64,000 nt of DNA. Source: Candidatus Thioglobus sp. (GTDB lineage Bacteria > Pseudomonadota > Gammaproteobacteria > PS1 > Pseudothioglobaceae). The notes under the pieces are model-generated. The model saw only the letters and a program-made list of their open reading frames with translations. It searched no databases and had not been told where the DNA came from. The stretch's first letter is position 1; every line of letters begins with the position of its first letter. The position numbers and the translations under genes were made by a program. The stretch spans positions 11,036-75,035 of the forward strand of contig DUCF01000056.1 of assembly GCA_012959965.1 (NCBI GenBank). The letters are read 5' to 3'. Below are positions 38,796 through 48,133 of the stretch, piece by piece.

Positions 38796-39557
38796 ATGAA
38801 AGTAATTATCCCAATAAAACGCGTACTTGATCCTTACACTCAGGCGCGGGTTGATAAGCAAACCCAAATGGTTGATTTAACCAACGCCAAAATGGCAATG
38901 AATCCGTTTTGCGAAATTGCCGTCGAAGAAGCTTTAAAACTTAAAGAAAGCGGTGCAGCCAGCGAGACAATCGCTGTCAGTATCGGCACCGATAAAACAG
39001 TCGACACCCTAAGAACGGCTTTAGCAATGGGCGTTGATCGAGCTATTTTTATCAAAACAGATGGCGATCTTGACCTACAACCGCTGCACCTCGGAAAGAT
39101 CCTAGCATCAATCATCAAGCGTGAGGAAGTTGGTCTTGTAATCATGGGCAAGCAAGCTGTTGACAATGACAACAACCAAACAGGTCAAATCATCTCAGGC
39201 TTGCTGAACTATTCACTCGGCACCTTTATCTCTAAATTCAGTCTGAGCGATGATGCTCAAAGCATCGAAGTGAGTCGTGAAATTGACTCCGGCATTGAAG
39301 TCAGAAAACTAAATTTACCTGCAATCGTTACCGTTGATCTGCGCCTTAACGAGCCAAGATACGCATCGTTGCCTAATATTATGAAAGCAAGATCTAAACC
39401 ACTTGAGACTATTGAATTATCAAGTCTTGATGTTGATGTAACGCCACGCGTTAAAGTGATCAGTGTTGAAGAATCTGGCACTAAAGACAGAGCGGCAAAA
39501 CAAGTTTCATCGGCCAAAGAATTGCTTGAAGAGCTAACTCAAATGGGGGTGCTGTAA
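38796..39557 (+). CDS. etfB: electron transfer flavoprotein beta subunit
   Basis: MKVIIPIKRVLDPY.., MNPFCEIAVEEALKLKE, and VIMGKQAVDNDNNQTGQ. Confidence 0.9.
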   Translation: MKVIIPIKRVLDPYTQARVDKQTQMVDLTNAKMAMNPFCEIAVEEALKLKESGAASETIAVSIGTDKTVDTLRTALAMGVDRAIFIKTDGDLDLQPLHLGKILASIIKREEVGLVIMGKQAVDNDNNQTGQIISGLLNYSLGTFISKFSLSDDAQSIEVSREIDSGIEVRKLNLPAIVTVDLRLNEPRYASLPNIMKARSKPLETIELSSLDVDVTPRVKVISVEESGTKDRAAKQVSSAKELLEELTQMGVL

Positions 39558-40480
39558 TGTCAGCCTTAGTATTAATCGAATTACACGGCGAGGAAATCAG
39601 CGCCAACTCTCGCGCTGCAGTTACAGCAGCAACTCAATTATCAAGCACCGTTGACGCACTTGTATTAACAAACGACGCTGCAAACGCTTCAGCTGTCGCT
39701 GCAATAAGCGGCGTCAACACAGTTAAAGTGGTTGTTGATGCAGCATTGGAACATGTTTCAGCGGGCATTGCCAGTAAGATCATTGCCGGCGTGATGAGCG
39801 ACTACCAATATCTGGTTGCTGGTTCTGCCACATACAGTAAAAATATCATACCTGTGGTAGGTGCCCTTCTTGACGTTCAGCCAATCTCTGATGTTTGCGA
39901 AGTGAAATCGGCAAATACCTTTGCTCGACCTCTATACGCAGGCAACATTATGGCCACTGTTGAGAGTAGTGACGAGAAGATTTTATTGACGGTTAGAGCG
40001 ACATCGTTCGACCACGCTAAAGATGATGGCTCTGCTACTATCGAGGAATTATCTGCTGATGTTCCTGAATCAAACTCAACGTTTATATCACTACAAGAAT
40101 CTCAATCTGAGCGCCCTGAGTTAACCACTGCTGATCGTATTGTTTCGGGTGGCAGAGGATTGGGATCGAAAGAGAATTTTGGCCTGATTGAACAACTTGC
40201 AGATAAGCTTGATGCGGCAGTTGGCGCTTCTAGAGCGGCAGTTGATGCTGGTTTTATCTCCAATGATTACCAAGTAGGTCAAACAGGCAAAGTTGTTGCG
40301 CCTAAGCTTTATATGGCGGTTGGTATTTCTGGCGCCATTCAACATTTGGCAGGCATGAAAGACTCTCAAGTTATTGTCGTGATCAACAACGATGGTGACG
40401 CGCCGATGGCAAGAATGGCTGATTTAGTTTGGAACACAGACTTATTTGGCGCTGTTCAAGATCTAATCGACAACGCATAG
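39557..40480 (+). CDS. etfA: electron transfer flavoprotein alpha subunit
   Basis: FAD-binding C-terminal domain: IVSGGRGLGS, VGASRAAVDAGF..NDYQVGQTGK.V.P.LY.AVGISGAIQHLAGMKDS. There is an ATG/stop overlap with etfB. Confidence 0.9.
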   Translation: MSALVLIELHGEEISANSRAAVTAATQLSSTVDALVLTNDAANASAVAAISGVNTVKVVVDAALEHVSAGIASKIIAGVMSDYQYLVAGSATYSKNIIPVVGALLDVQPISDVCEVKSANTFARPLYAGNIMATVESSDEKILLTVRATSFDHAKDDGSATIEELSADVPESNSTFISLQESQSERPELTTADRIVSGGRGLGSKENFGLIEQLADKLDAAVGASRAAVDAGFISNDYQVGQTGKVVAPKLYMAVGISGAIQHLAGMKDSQVIVVINNDGDAPMARMADLVWNTDLFGAVQDLIDNA

Positions 40481-40517
40481 TTAAGTTAAACTTTAATCAA
40501 TTTTTGGGGCTGATTTA

Positions 40518-42137
40518 ATGGAAAGAGAGTCAATTGAATACGATGTTGTTGTTGTCGGCGGCGGCCCTGCGGGTCTTGCCTCAGCATGTAAGTTAAAACA
40601 ACTTAATCCCAACCTTTCAGTTTGTCTATTAGAGAAAGGCTCGGAAATCGGATCACACATCATCTCTGGTGCTGTGTTTGAGCCGAAAGCTCTATTCGAT
40701 CTTTTTCCAGAAGACGCTAAAGACTGTCCAACACTCAATAACGCTGTCAAAGGCGACGATGTTTACTTTCTTAGAAACGGTAGTAAAAAAATCAAAGTTC
40801 CTTCGTGGTTAACCCCTAAAGGGCTTCACAACCACGGCAACTACATCATCTCTTTGGGTGAGCTGTGTCAGTGGCTAGGTGAAAAAGCAATGGATCTTGG
40901 TGTTGATATTTTTCCAGGATTCCCCGCTGAAAATTACTTGAGCGATGAAAGTGGTCGTGTTTGCGGTATTGCCACTGCAGACATGGGAATCGACAAGCAG
41001 GGTAATCAAAAAGGCACTTGGGCGCCGGGTATGAATATTTTGGCAAAGCAAACGATTTTTGCCGAAGGTGCACGCGGTCATATTGGCAAACAACTGATTA
41101 AAGACTTAAACCTAGATGAGGGCAAATCACCACAACATTTTGCCATTGGCTTTAAAGAAATCTGGGAAGTTGAAAACGATAAACACTCCGAGGGCGATGT
41201 TCTTCATACTATTGGCTGGCCTTTAACCGAAGGCGCCTCTGGCGGCGGTTATCTTTATCACTTTGATAAAAACCGTATTGCAGTTGGCTTAATCGTTGAC
41301 CTAAACTACACCAACCCATACCAAAATCCATTCAAAGAATTTCAGAAATACAAGTTACACCCGGTCATTAAGCAATACCTAGAAAGCGGTAAGCGTATTT
41401 CTTATGGCGCACGTGCCATTAGCAAGGGCGGTCTGCATTCCTTGGTAAAAATGGATTTTGACGGTGGCATGATCGTTGGTTGCAACGCCGGCACACTAAA
41501 TCCAGGGAAAATCAAAGGCAGTCATTGCGCCCTACAATCGGGCATGTTGGCCGCAGAATACGTCAACAAAATCTTAAACGAAGAGGTTTGCGATTTTGAC
41601 GATTTGTTTAAAAAAAGCGCACTGTACAAAGAGCTTCATCAATCAAGAAACTTTAGTTCGGCTCTGCATAAATTTGGCCTCTATATTGGCTCGGCTTACA
41701 ACTTTGTCGAATCCAATATTTTCCGCAACAAGTTGCCAATCAACATCAAGGATAGCAAGAAAGATTCTGACGTCTTAAAACTAAGTGGCAGCGTTAAAGC
41801 TAAAAACTACTCTGCACCTGACAATGAATTTACTTTTGACATTACCTCGTCATTATTCTTATCAGGAACAAATCATGAAGAGGATCAACCCGTTCACTTA
41901 AAACTGAGCGACGTCGATATTCCACTGGGTGAGAATTTGAGTAAATACGATGAGCCAGCGCAAAGATTCTGCCCTGCAGGTGTTTATGAGATTGTTGAGA
42001 AAGAAGGTCAAGACTACTTTCAGATCAACGCTCAGAACTGCCTACACTGCAAAACTTGTGACATTAAAGATCCGGCTCAAAATATTACTTGGACGCCACC
42101 TGAAGGCGGTGGTGGGCCTAACTACATTAGTATGTAG
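40518..42137 (+). CDS. electron-transfer flavoprotein:ubiquinone oxidoreductase
   Basis: FAD fold YDVVVVGGGPAGL and C-terminal 4Fe-4S motif CPAGVYE...NAQNCLHCKTCDIKDP...W..PEGGGGPNY. Confidence 0.9.
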   Translation: MERESIEYDVVVVGGGPAGLASACKLKQLNPNLSVCLLEKGSEIGSHIISGAVFEPKALFDLFPEDAKDCPTLNNAVKGDDVYFLRNGSKKIKVPSWLTPKGLHNHGNYIISLGELCQWLGEKAMDLGVDIFPGFPAENYLSDESGRVCGIATADMGIDKQGNQKGTWAPGMNILAKQTIFAEGARGHIGKQLIKDLNLDEGKSPQHFAIGFKEIWEVENDKHSEGDVLHTIGWPLTEGASGGGYLYHFDKNRIAVGLIVDLNYTNPYQNPFKEFQKYKLHPVIKQYLESGKRISYGARAISKGGLHSLVKMDFDGGMIVGCNAGTLNPGKIKGSHCALQSGMLAAEYVNKILNEEVCDFDDLFKKSALYKELHQSRNFSSALHKFGLYIGSAYNFVESNIFRNKLPINIKDSKKDSDVLKLSGSVKAKNYSAPDNEFTFDITSSLFLSGTNHEEDQPVHLKLSDVDIPLGENLSKYDEPAQRFCPAGVYEIVEKEGQDYFQINAQNCLHCKTCDIKDPAQNITWTPPEGGGGPNYISM

Positions 42138-42144
42138 TTTCGCT

Positions 42145-43137
42145 CTACGAGCACTGATTGGCTGTAATAACGACCGTGTTGACAATTTCCTTAACACTGC
42201 ACCCTCTTGACAAATCATTCACTGGCTTGGCAAGACCTTGTAAAATCGGGCCGACTGCTTCAGCACCAGAAAATCTTTGAACGAGCTTATAGCCAATATT
42301 ACCTGCATCTAATGTAGGGAAAATCAACACGTTCGCTGGGGCAATAAAAGAAGTTTCAGGGTATTTAAGACTAAGCACCGCATCATCAAGAGCGGCATCC
42401 AATTGAATATTGCCGATAATTTCAGCGTCCAGGGCTTTTTTCTGGCAAATACTTGTTGCTAGCCTGACTTTTTCAACTTGCTCAAACTCGGCACTTCTAT
42501 TGGTTGAAAACGACAACATAGCCACTTTAGGCGTCATACCTAACAGTTCGTTTGCAGATTTAATCGTACTTGTCGCAATTTCAGCCAACTCCTCAGCACT
42601 TGGATTGACATTCATTGCGCAATCGGAAAACAATATCTCCTTACCGTACTTCTGATGATTCTCATCAAACACCATTAGAAAGAAGCTGGACACCAGCTTT
42701 GCACCTTCTGCAACACCAATAATTCGCAGCGCATTGCTAAGAACTTGTTGGCTTGGGGTAATTGCACCAGTCACAATACCATCAACAGCATTACTCTCTA
42801 ACGCTAACATCGCAAAGACGCAGTCCTGCTGAACAAGCTCTCTGGCCTCATCAAGGTCCAAACCAACGTGTTTTCTTTTTTGATATAAGAGTTGGGCATA
42901 TTCAGCACGTAAAGATTCATCCGTCGAATCAAGATAACCAATATCAAGACTTCCGCCGCCACATTGATCAATGGATTGTGCCAGGGTGTTTTTATCGCCA
43001 AGCAAAACAACTTTAGCAAACCCTTGCCTAGAAATTGACACGGCCGCCTCTAGCACCCGCTTATCGCTTGATTCTGGCAATAAAATGCGTGGCGTTACAC
43101 GCTTGGCGCTGTCAGCTAATCCTTGCAGTAATGTCAT
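42145..43137 (-). CDS. pta: phosphate acetyltransferase (short PTA_PTB form)
   Basis: ILLPESSDKRVLEAA, GAITPS, and PVNDLSRGCS blocks. The start at 43137 (MTLLQGL) has AGGAG 7 nt upstream; the track start is 43164. Taurine context: it would convert acetyl phosphate made by Xsc. Confidence 0.8.
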   Translation of the reverse strand: MTLLQGLADSAKRVTPRILLPESSDKRVLEAAVSISRQGFAKVVLLGDKNTLAQSIDQCGGGSLDIGYLDSTDESLRAEYAQLLYQKRKHVGLDLDEARELVQQDCVFAMLALESNAVDGIVTGAITPSQQVLSNALRIIGVAEGAKLVSSFFLMVFDENHQKYGKEILFSDCAMNVNPSAEELAEIATSTIKSANELLGMTPKVAMLSFSTNRSAEFEQVEKVRLATSICQKKALDAEIIGNIQLDAALDDAVLSLKYPETSFIAPANVLIFPTLDAGNIGYKLVQRFSGAEAVGPILQGLAKPVNDLSRGCSVKEIVNTVVITANQCS

Positions 43138-43359
43138 TACAAAACTCCTGTCTTCAGGCGGCAAGTTTACATGAAAAAAACAGGATGTCGCACCCTAGAC
43201 AAACACTCCAAAAAGACACAACTACTGGTCCAACCATACTAATATACACGTCAATTTAATGTATGGTGCTATCATTCATCTACAGTGAAAGTCTGAAAAC
43301 TTTTGGTAGTTTGTCGCTTTCAAAACACAATAGAAAAAACATCTTTTACTAGGTAGTCA

Positions 43360-46293
43360 ATGACAACAACCTGTCCGCAAAATATTGAATTAGAAGACCC
43401 TTTGCCACTGTTCGAGGATAAATCAAATCAAGAGGTAAAAACAACCACTTGCTACATGTGTGCATGTCGTTGTGGCATTAAGGTGACACTTGAAGGGAAA
43501 AAGGTTCGCTACATCCAGGGCAACCGTAATCATCCTGTCAACAAAGGTGTGCTTTGTGCAAAGGGCAATGCAGGAATTATGAAGCATGAGTCGATGGCCA
43601 AATTACGCTCACCTTTACGAAGAAAGGCCGGCACAGAAAGAGGTGCGGGAGAATTTGAAGTTATTTCATGGGATGAGGCGCTTGATGAACTCACCACTCG
43701 CTTAGAAAAAATCCGTGCCACCGATCCAAAAAAACTGGCATTCTTTTCTGGCAGGGACCAAATGCAAGCGTTAACAGGTCTTTGGGCTCAGCAATTTGGC
43801 ACAGTAAATTGGTCTGCCCATGGCGGCTTTTGCTCTGTCAATATGGCGGCAGCCGGTCTCTATACATTAGGCCAATCTTTCTGGGAATTTGGCGATCCAG
43901 ACTGGGATAACACAAAATACTTTATGCTCTGGGGCGTGGCCGAGGATCACTCTTCAAACCCAATGAAAATTGGCCTCTCAAAACTTAAAAAAAATGGTGC
44001 AAAATTTGCAACCGTAAACCCAGTATGTACTGGCTATCAAGCCATAGCAGATGAATGGATTAGCATTCGTCCAGGTACTGACGGCCTGTTTGCGATTGCG
44101 ATGTCCCGCGTACTACTTGAGAGCGATCAATTTGATAAAGAGTTTTTAATCCGCTACACCAATGCACCACATCTTGTTATTCAAAATCCCGGCCAGAGCA
44201 ATGACGGGTTAATGTGGCGCAACGAGCAGGGTAAGCCCCAGGCCTGGGAGCTTGAATCAGAAACATTTGTCGATGCCTCTCTTGCAGGTATCAAGCCTGC
44301 TTTATTTGGTGAATGGCAAACTAGCGAAGGCTTTAGCGTTAAAACCTCATTTACCCTTCTCACCGAAGGATATCTCAGCGATGAATACAACCTAGACAAG
44401 GTCTCTAAAGAGACCGGCATTGCTGCAGAGGACATAGAAAGACACGCCTTAGAAATGGCACATGTTGCTTTTCAAGAAAGCATTGAAATTGAGACTGAAT
44501 GGACTGACTGGACAGGGAAAAAGCACGATAAATTTATTGGCAGACCGGTTTCAATGCATGCGATGCGCGGCATTGCCGCTCATTCAAACGGCTTTCAAAC
44601 GTGCCGTGCTATCCATATCTTGCAAATACTGCTGGGCGCAATTGACTGCCCAGGCGCTCATCTTGCAAAACCACCATTCCCAAGAATGATTCCACCGCCT
44701 ATTAAACCTGCAAAAGAAATGGCGCCAAACACGCCTTTAAAAACACCGCCTTTAGGATTTCCAACATCTCCAGAAGACCTCTGTATTGACAAAGATGGCA
44801 AGCCACTACGAATTGACAAGGCCTACTCTTGGGAGGCGCCAATTGCCAATCATGGCTTGATGCATATGGTTATCAACAATGCAGTAAAAGGTGACCCTTA
44901 CACGATTGATACTTTGATTTTTTTCATGGCAAATATGGCGTGGAACTCAAGCATGAATCCAGGTAATACTCAAAACCTTCTAAGAGAGAAAGATGAGAAT
45001 GGCGAGTATAAAATTCCGTACTTAGTGGTTGTCGACGCATTCCATTCTGAAACCGTCAACTTTGGCGATCTCATTTTGCCTGACACAACCTACCTAGAGC
45101 GTTTCGACACGATTTCAATTCTTGACCGGCCTATAAGCGAACCTCACGTTATTGCAGACGCTATTCGCCACCCAATTGTAGATCTGGATCGAGATGTAAG
45201 ACCATGGCAAGAGGTGATGGTTGATTTAGCAACTCGCCTCAAATTTCCAGCTTTTACCAATGATGACGGCACTGCTAAATACTCCGGCTATAAAGAATTT
45301 ATCACCAATTGGGAAAAACACCCTGGCATTGGCTTCTTAGCTGGTTGGCGAGGTAAGAATGGGGAAAAAAGCATTGTAGGCGAACCTAACCCTGACCAGT
45401 GGGAAAAATATATTGAAAACGAAAGTTTTTTTAAGCAGAATATTCCAGATTCGCAAAAGTATTACCGCTTTGCAAATAAAGAATACCTTGAGTTTGCTGC
45501 CGATACACACTTAAACTTTAATGACAAGCCCATTGTTATGGAGCTCTACTCCGAGACTTTGCAAAAATTTCGTCTCGCAGGTCAAGGGCTTTATGATGGC
45601 CCATGCCCTAGCGATGAAGAGGACAAAGCAAGATTAAAAAAATACTTCACACCTTGTCCAAGCTATTACAAACCCATTGAAGTTGCTCTGACAGATGAGA
45701 ATGAATACCCATTCTCAACCACCACCCAACGGCCGATGTTTATGTACCACTCTTGGGATTCTCAAAATGCCTGGTTGCGACAAATCATGGCACAAAACAA
45801 ACTCTACATGAATCGTGCAAAAGCTGAATCTATGGCTATTGCAGAAGGCGATTGGGTTTGGGTTGAGTCAAGAACCGGCGCTATCAAAGCGCAAGTGAAA
45901 TTAATGGAGGGCTGTGAAGCAAACACCGTTTGGACTTGGAATGCGATTGGCAAGCAATCAGGCGCCTGGGGGCTAAAAAAAGGCGCAAACGAATCTGAAA
46001 AAGGATTTCTATTAAATCATCTAATATCTGAGCTGTTACCTGCTAGTAGCACATCTCAACGAGAAATGACAAACTCGGACCCAATAACCGGCCAAGCGGC
46101 TTGGTATGATGCTCGTGTTAAAGTCTACAGAGCGGATGATCAAACACCAATATCCTTCCCCCAATTTAACACCATTAAACCAATACCTGAAGCACCAGAT
46201 CAGCCATCGATATTAACATATAAAACCCACGAACCCGTAAATATCGTCAGATCAACCAGAGATGTTTTAACTCGTGGAAAAAAACCACGCTAA
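43360..46293 (+). CDS. soeA: molybdopterin oxidoreductase catalytic subunit, SoeA-like (cytoplasmic sulfite dehydrogenase)
   Basis: N-terminal 4Fe-4S motif C-x2-C-x3-C-x27-C (CYMCACRCG...CAKG). No twin-arginine leader. 977 aa, followed by FeS and membrane-anchor subunits, and adjacent to pta/xsc. Confidence 0.65.
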   Translation: MTTTCPQNIELEDPLPLFEDKSNQEVKTTTCYMCACRCGIKVTLEGKKVRYIQGNRNHPVNKGVLCAKGNAGIMKHESMAKLRSPLRRKAGTERGAGEFEVISWDEALDELTTRLEKIRATDPKKLAFFSGRDQMQALTGLWAQQFGTVNWSAHGGFCSVNMAAAGLYTLGQSFWEFGDPDWDNTKYFMLWGVAEDHSSNPMKIGLSKLKKNGAKFATVNPVCTGYQAIADEWISIRPGTDGLFAIAMSRVLLESDQFDKEFLIRYTNAPHLVIQNPGQSNDGLMWRNEQGKPQAWELESETFVDASLAGIKPALFGEWQTSEGFSVKTSFTLLTEGYLSDEYNLDKVSKETGIAAEDIERHALEMAHVAFQESIEIETEWTDWTGKKHDKFIGRPVSMHAMRGIAAHSNGFQTCRAIHILQILLGAIDCPGAHLAKPPFPRMIPPPIKPAKEMAPNTPLKTPPLGFPTSPEDLCIDKDGKPLRIDKAYSWEAPIANHGLMHMVINNAVKGDPYTIDTLIFFMANMAWNSSMNPGNTQNLLREKDENGEYKIPYLVVVDAFHSETVNFGDLILPDTTYLERFDTISILDRPISEPHVIADAIRHPIVDLDRDVRPWQEVMVDLATRLKFPAFTNDDGTAKYSGYKEFITNWEKHPGIGFLAGWRGKNGEKSIVGEPNPDQWEKYIENESFFKQNIPDSQKYYRFANKEYLEFAADTHLNFNDKPIVMELYSETLQKFRLAGQGLYDGPCPSDEEDKARLKKYFTPCPSYYKPIEVALTDENEYPFSTTTQRPMFMYHSWDSQNAWLRQIMAQNKLYMNRAKAESMAIAEGDWVWVESRTGAIKAQVKLMEGCEANTVWTWNAIGKQSGAWGLKKGANESEKGFLLNHLISELLPASSTSQREMTNSDPITGQAAWYDARVKVYRADDQTPISFPQFNTIKPIPEAPDQPSILTYKTHEPVNIVRSTRDVLTRGKKPR

Positions 46294-46302
46294 GGAGACA
46301 AA

Positions 46303-46995
46303 ATGCGCTTAGGACTTGTAATTGATTTAGATACCTGTGTGGGCTGTCATGCCTGCGCTATTTCCTGCAAAGAATGGAACACCTCTGGTACAACTGGATC
46401 TCTTAGTGATCAAAACCCTTATGAAAAAGACCCGACTGGGGTTTTTTTTAATCGTGTAAGAAGCTATGAGATTGGCGATTACCCACACAACAAAACGGTT
46501 AACTTTCCAATGTCGTGCATGCAATGCGAAGATGCAGCCTGTGTCACGGTTTGTCCAACAGGCGCTTCCTACAAACGCAAAAGTGATGGAATTGTACTCA
46601 TTGACCAAGATAAATGCATGGGCTGCAATCTCTGCGCTTGGGCTTGCCCGTATGGCTCTAGAGAGCTGGATCGTGAATCCGGCACAATGAAAAAATGCAC
46701 GCTTTGTGTAGATCGAATCTATGACGAGTCACTTCCTGAAATTGACCGTCAGCCATCATGCGTTATGACATGCCCTTCTAGCGCTCGTCATTTTGGTGAT
46801 TTTGATGACCCCAACTCAAACGTTAGTAAATTAACACGTGAGCGTAACGGTGACGGCCTAATGAATGAGCTTGGTTACAACCCCACCAATCAATATTTGC
46901 CTCCGCGTTTGGCAAACAATATCACCATTGAGAAAAAGAAAAAAAACATAGTTGGCCAGGTGAAAGACTGGGCCAACGAGCTTATTAGTCGTTAA
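46303..46995 (+). CDS. soeB: 4Fe-4S ferredoxin-type subunit, SoeB-like
   Basis: Four Cys clusters (CVGCHACAISC, CMQCEDAACVTVCP, CMGCNLCAWACP, CTLC...CP). AAGGAGA ribosome-binding site. Confidence 0.65.
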   Translation: MRLGLVIDLDTCVGCHACAISCKEWNTSGTTGSLSDQNPYEKDPTGVFFNRVRSYEIGDYPHNKTVNFPMSCMQCEDAACVTVCPTGASYKRKSDGIVLIDQDKCMGCNLCAWACPYGSRELDRESGTMKKCTLCVDRIYDESLPEIDRQPSCVMTCPSSARHFGDFDDPNSNVSKLTRERNGDGLMNELGYNPTNQYLPPRLANNITIEKKKKNIVGQVKDWANELISR

Positions 46996-47015
46996 TTTAG
47001 TACTCGGAGTTATCA

Positions 47016-47951
47016 ATGCATCCAGCCTTTTCTATTATATTTTTTACTATCACCTCAGGACTGGGTTATGGTCTTTTATTTTTTTCTGGGCTTTATGTTG
47101 TTCTTGATCGAACAGGCGATATTACCGAGTCACTATTCAGCCCATTAGTTGTGAGTAGCATCATCGGATTGACGCTTGTTGCGCTTGGCATACTCTCATC
47201 AATCCTTCATCTTGCCAACCCAAAAAATGCGTGGCGAGCTTTTTTGCGTTTTCGCTCTTCGTGGTTGTCCAGAGAAGGTGTTTTTGCCCTACTAACCTTT
47301 CCGGTCGTATTTGCTTTTATATACACCATAATTGCGACTGAAACCAACAGTGTGACGAGTAAAACAACTGCAATCATACTCATGATTATTTCATTGCTTA
47401 CCGTGTACTCAACTGGCATGATTTATGCCTGCTTAAAAACTATTCGGGCGTGGAATTCACCTCTCGTACCAACCAATTATGTGTTGTTGGGATTGCTATC
47501 AGGTGCACTAACAATGTTTGCAATCTTAAATTACTACAATCAGCAATCTGAGTTGTTATTGACATTAATCATGGAACTGCTTTGCTTAGCATTTATCACA
47601 AAAGCAATTTATTATTACTTCATAGGTAAACCTTCAGAACTGAGCATTAAAACCGCAACTGGACTCTCTTCACGAAAAGTTCGCCTACTACATACAGGTG
47701 AAAGTTCAAAAAATTTCCTAATGAGAGAGTTTGGTTTTGACATTTCAGTCAAAAAAATGCTGTTGCTGCGTTTCTGCAGCATTTTATTAATGGTGGTTAT
47801 GCCTACACTTTGCCTCATAACGCAACCAGCAAGCTTTCATTTTATATTGATCGCAGTCATTTGTAATTTCTTCGGTCTCCTCCTAGAGCGCTGGCTTTTC
47901 TTTGCAGAGGCAAAACATGTTGTTAACCTATATTACGGCAGAGAAGCGTAA
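47016..47951 (+). CDS. soeC: DmsC/NrfD-like membrane anchor subunit, SoeC-like
   Basis: 311 aa with ~8 TM helices. GGAG ribosome-binding site. Third gene of the molybdoenzyme operon. Confidence 0.55.
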   Translation: MHPAFSIIFFTITSGLGYGLLFFSGLYVVLDRTGDITESLFSPLVVSSIIGLTLVALGILSSILHLANPKNAWRAFLRFRSSWLSREGVFALLTFPVVFAFIYTIIATETNSVTSKTTAIILMIISLLTVYSTGMIYACLKTIRAWNSPLVPTNYVLLGLLSGALTMFAILNYYNQQSELLLTLIMELLCLAFITKAIYYYFIGKPSELSIKTATGLSSRKVRLLHTGESSKNFLMREFGFDISVKKMLLLRFCSILLMVVMPTLCLITQPASFHFILIAVICNFFGLLLERWLFFAEAKHVVNLYYGREA

Positions 47952-48012
47952 AAAAATATCCTTGCACCAATTACAGCCCTTGATACAGGCAAATACATAA
48001 TACATTAGACAT

Positions 48013-48043
48013 AAAAAAGGCAGAGCCAATACGACCCTGCCTT
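48013..48043 (-). terminator. probable intrinsic terminator of the tpa-ald-xsc operon
   Basis: Stem aaggcag (48017-48023) pairs with ctgcctt (37-43). On the minus strand it is followed by TTTTTT (48013-48018). Confidence 0.45.
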
Positions 48044-48133
48044 AGTTGATAGGCATCACCCTATCCGTTGGTTAAGAACTAAAAACAGCTCTTGGAGAAA
48101 TAAGGATGGAAAAACACCCTCATGATGTTTTTA

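Noticed and set aside
43360-46293. Annotating the molybdoenzyme as a periplasmic DMSO, polysulfide or formate dehydrogenase-type enzyme.
   Set aside because: There is no twin-arginine leader at the N-terminus, and none at any upstream in-frame start that I can see. The neighbours pta, xsc and tpa fit a cytoplasmic SoeABC-like sulfite dehydrogenase better. This remains a context-based call.
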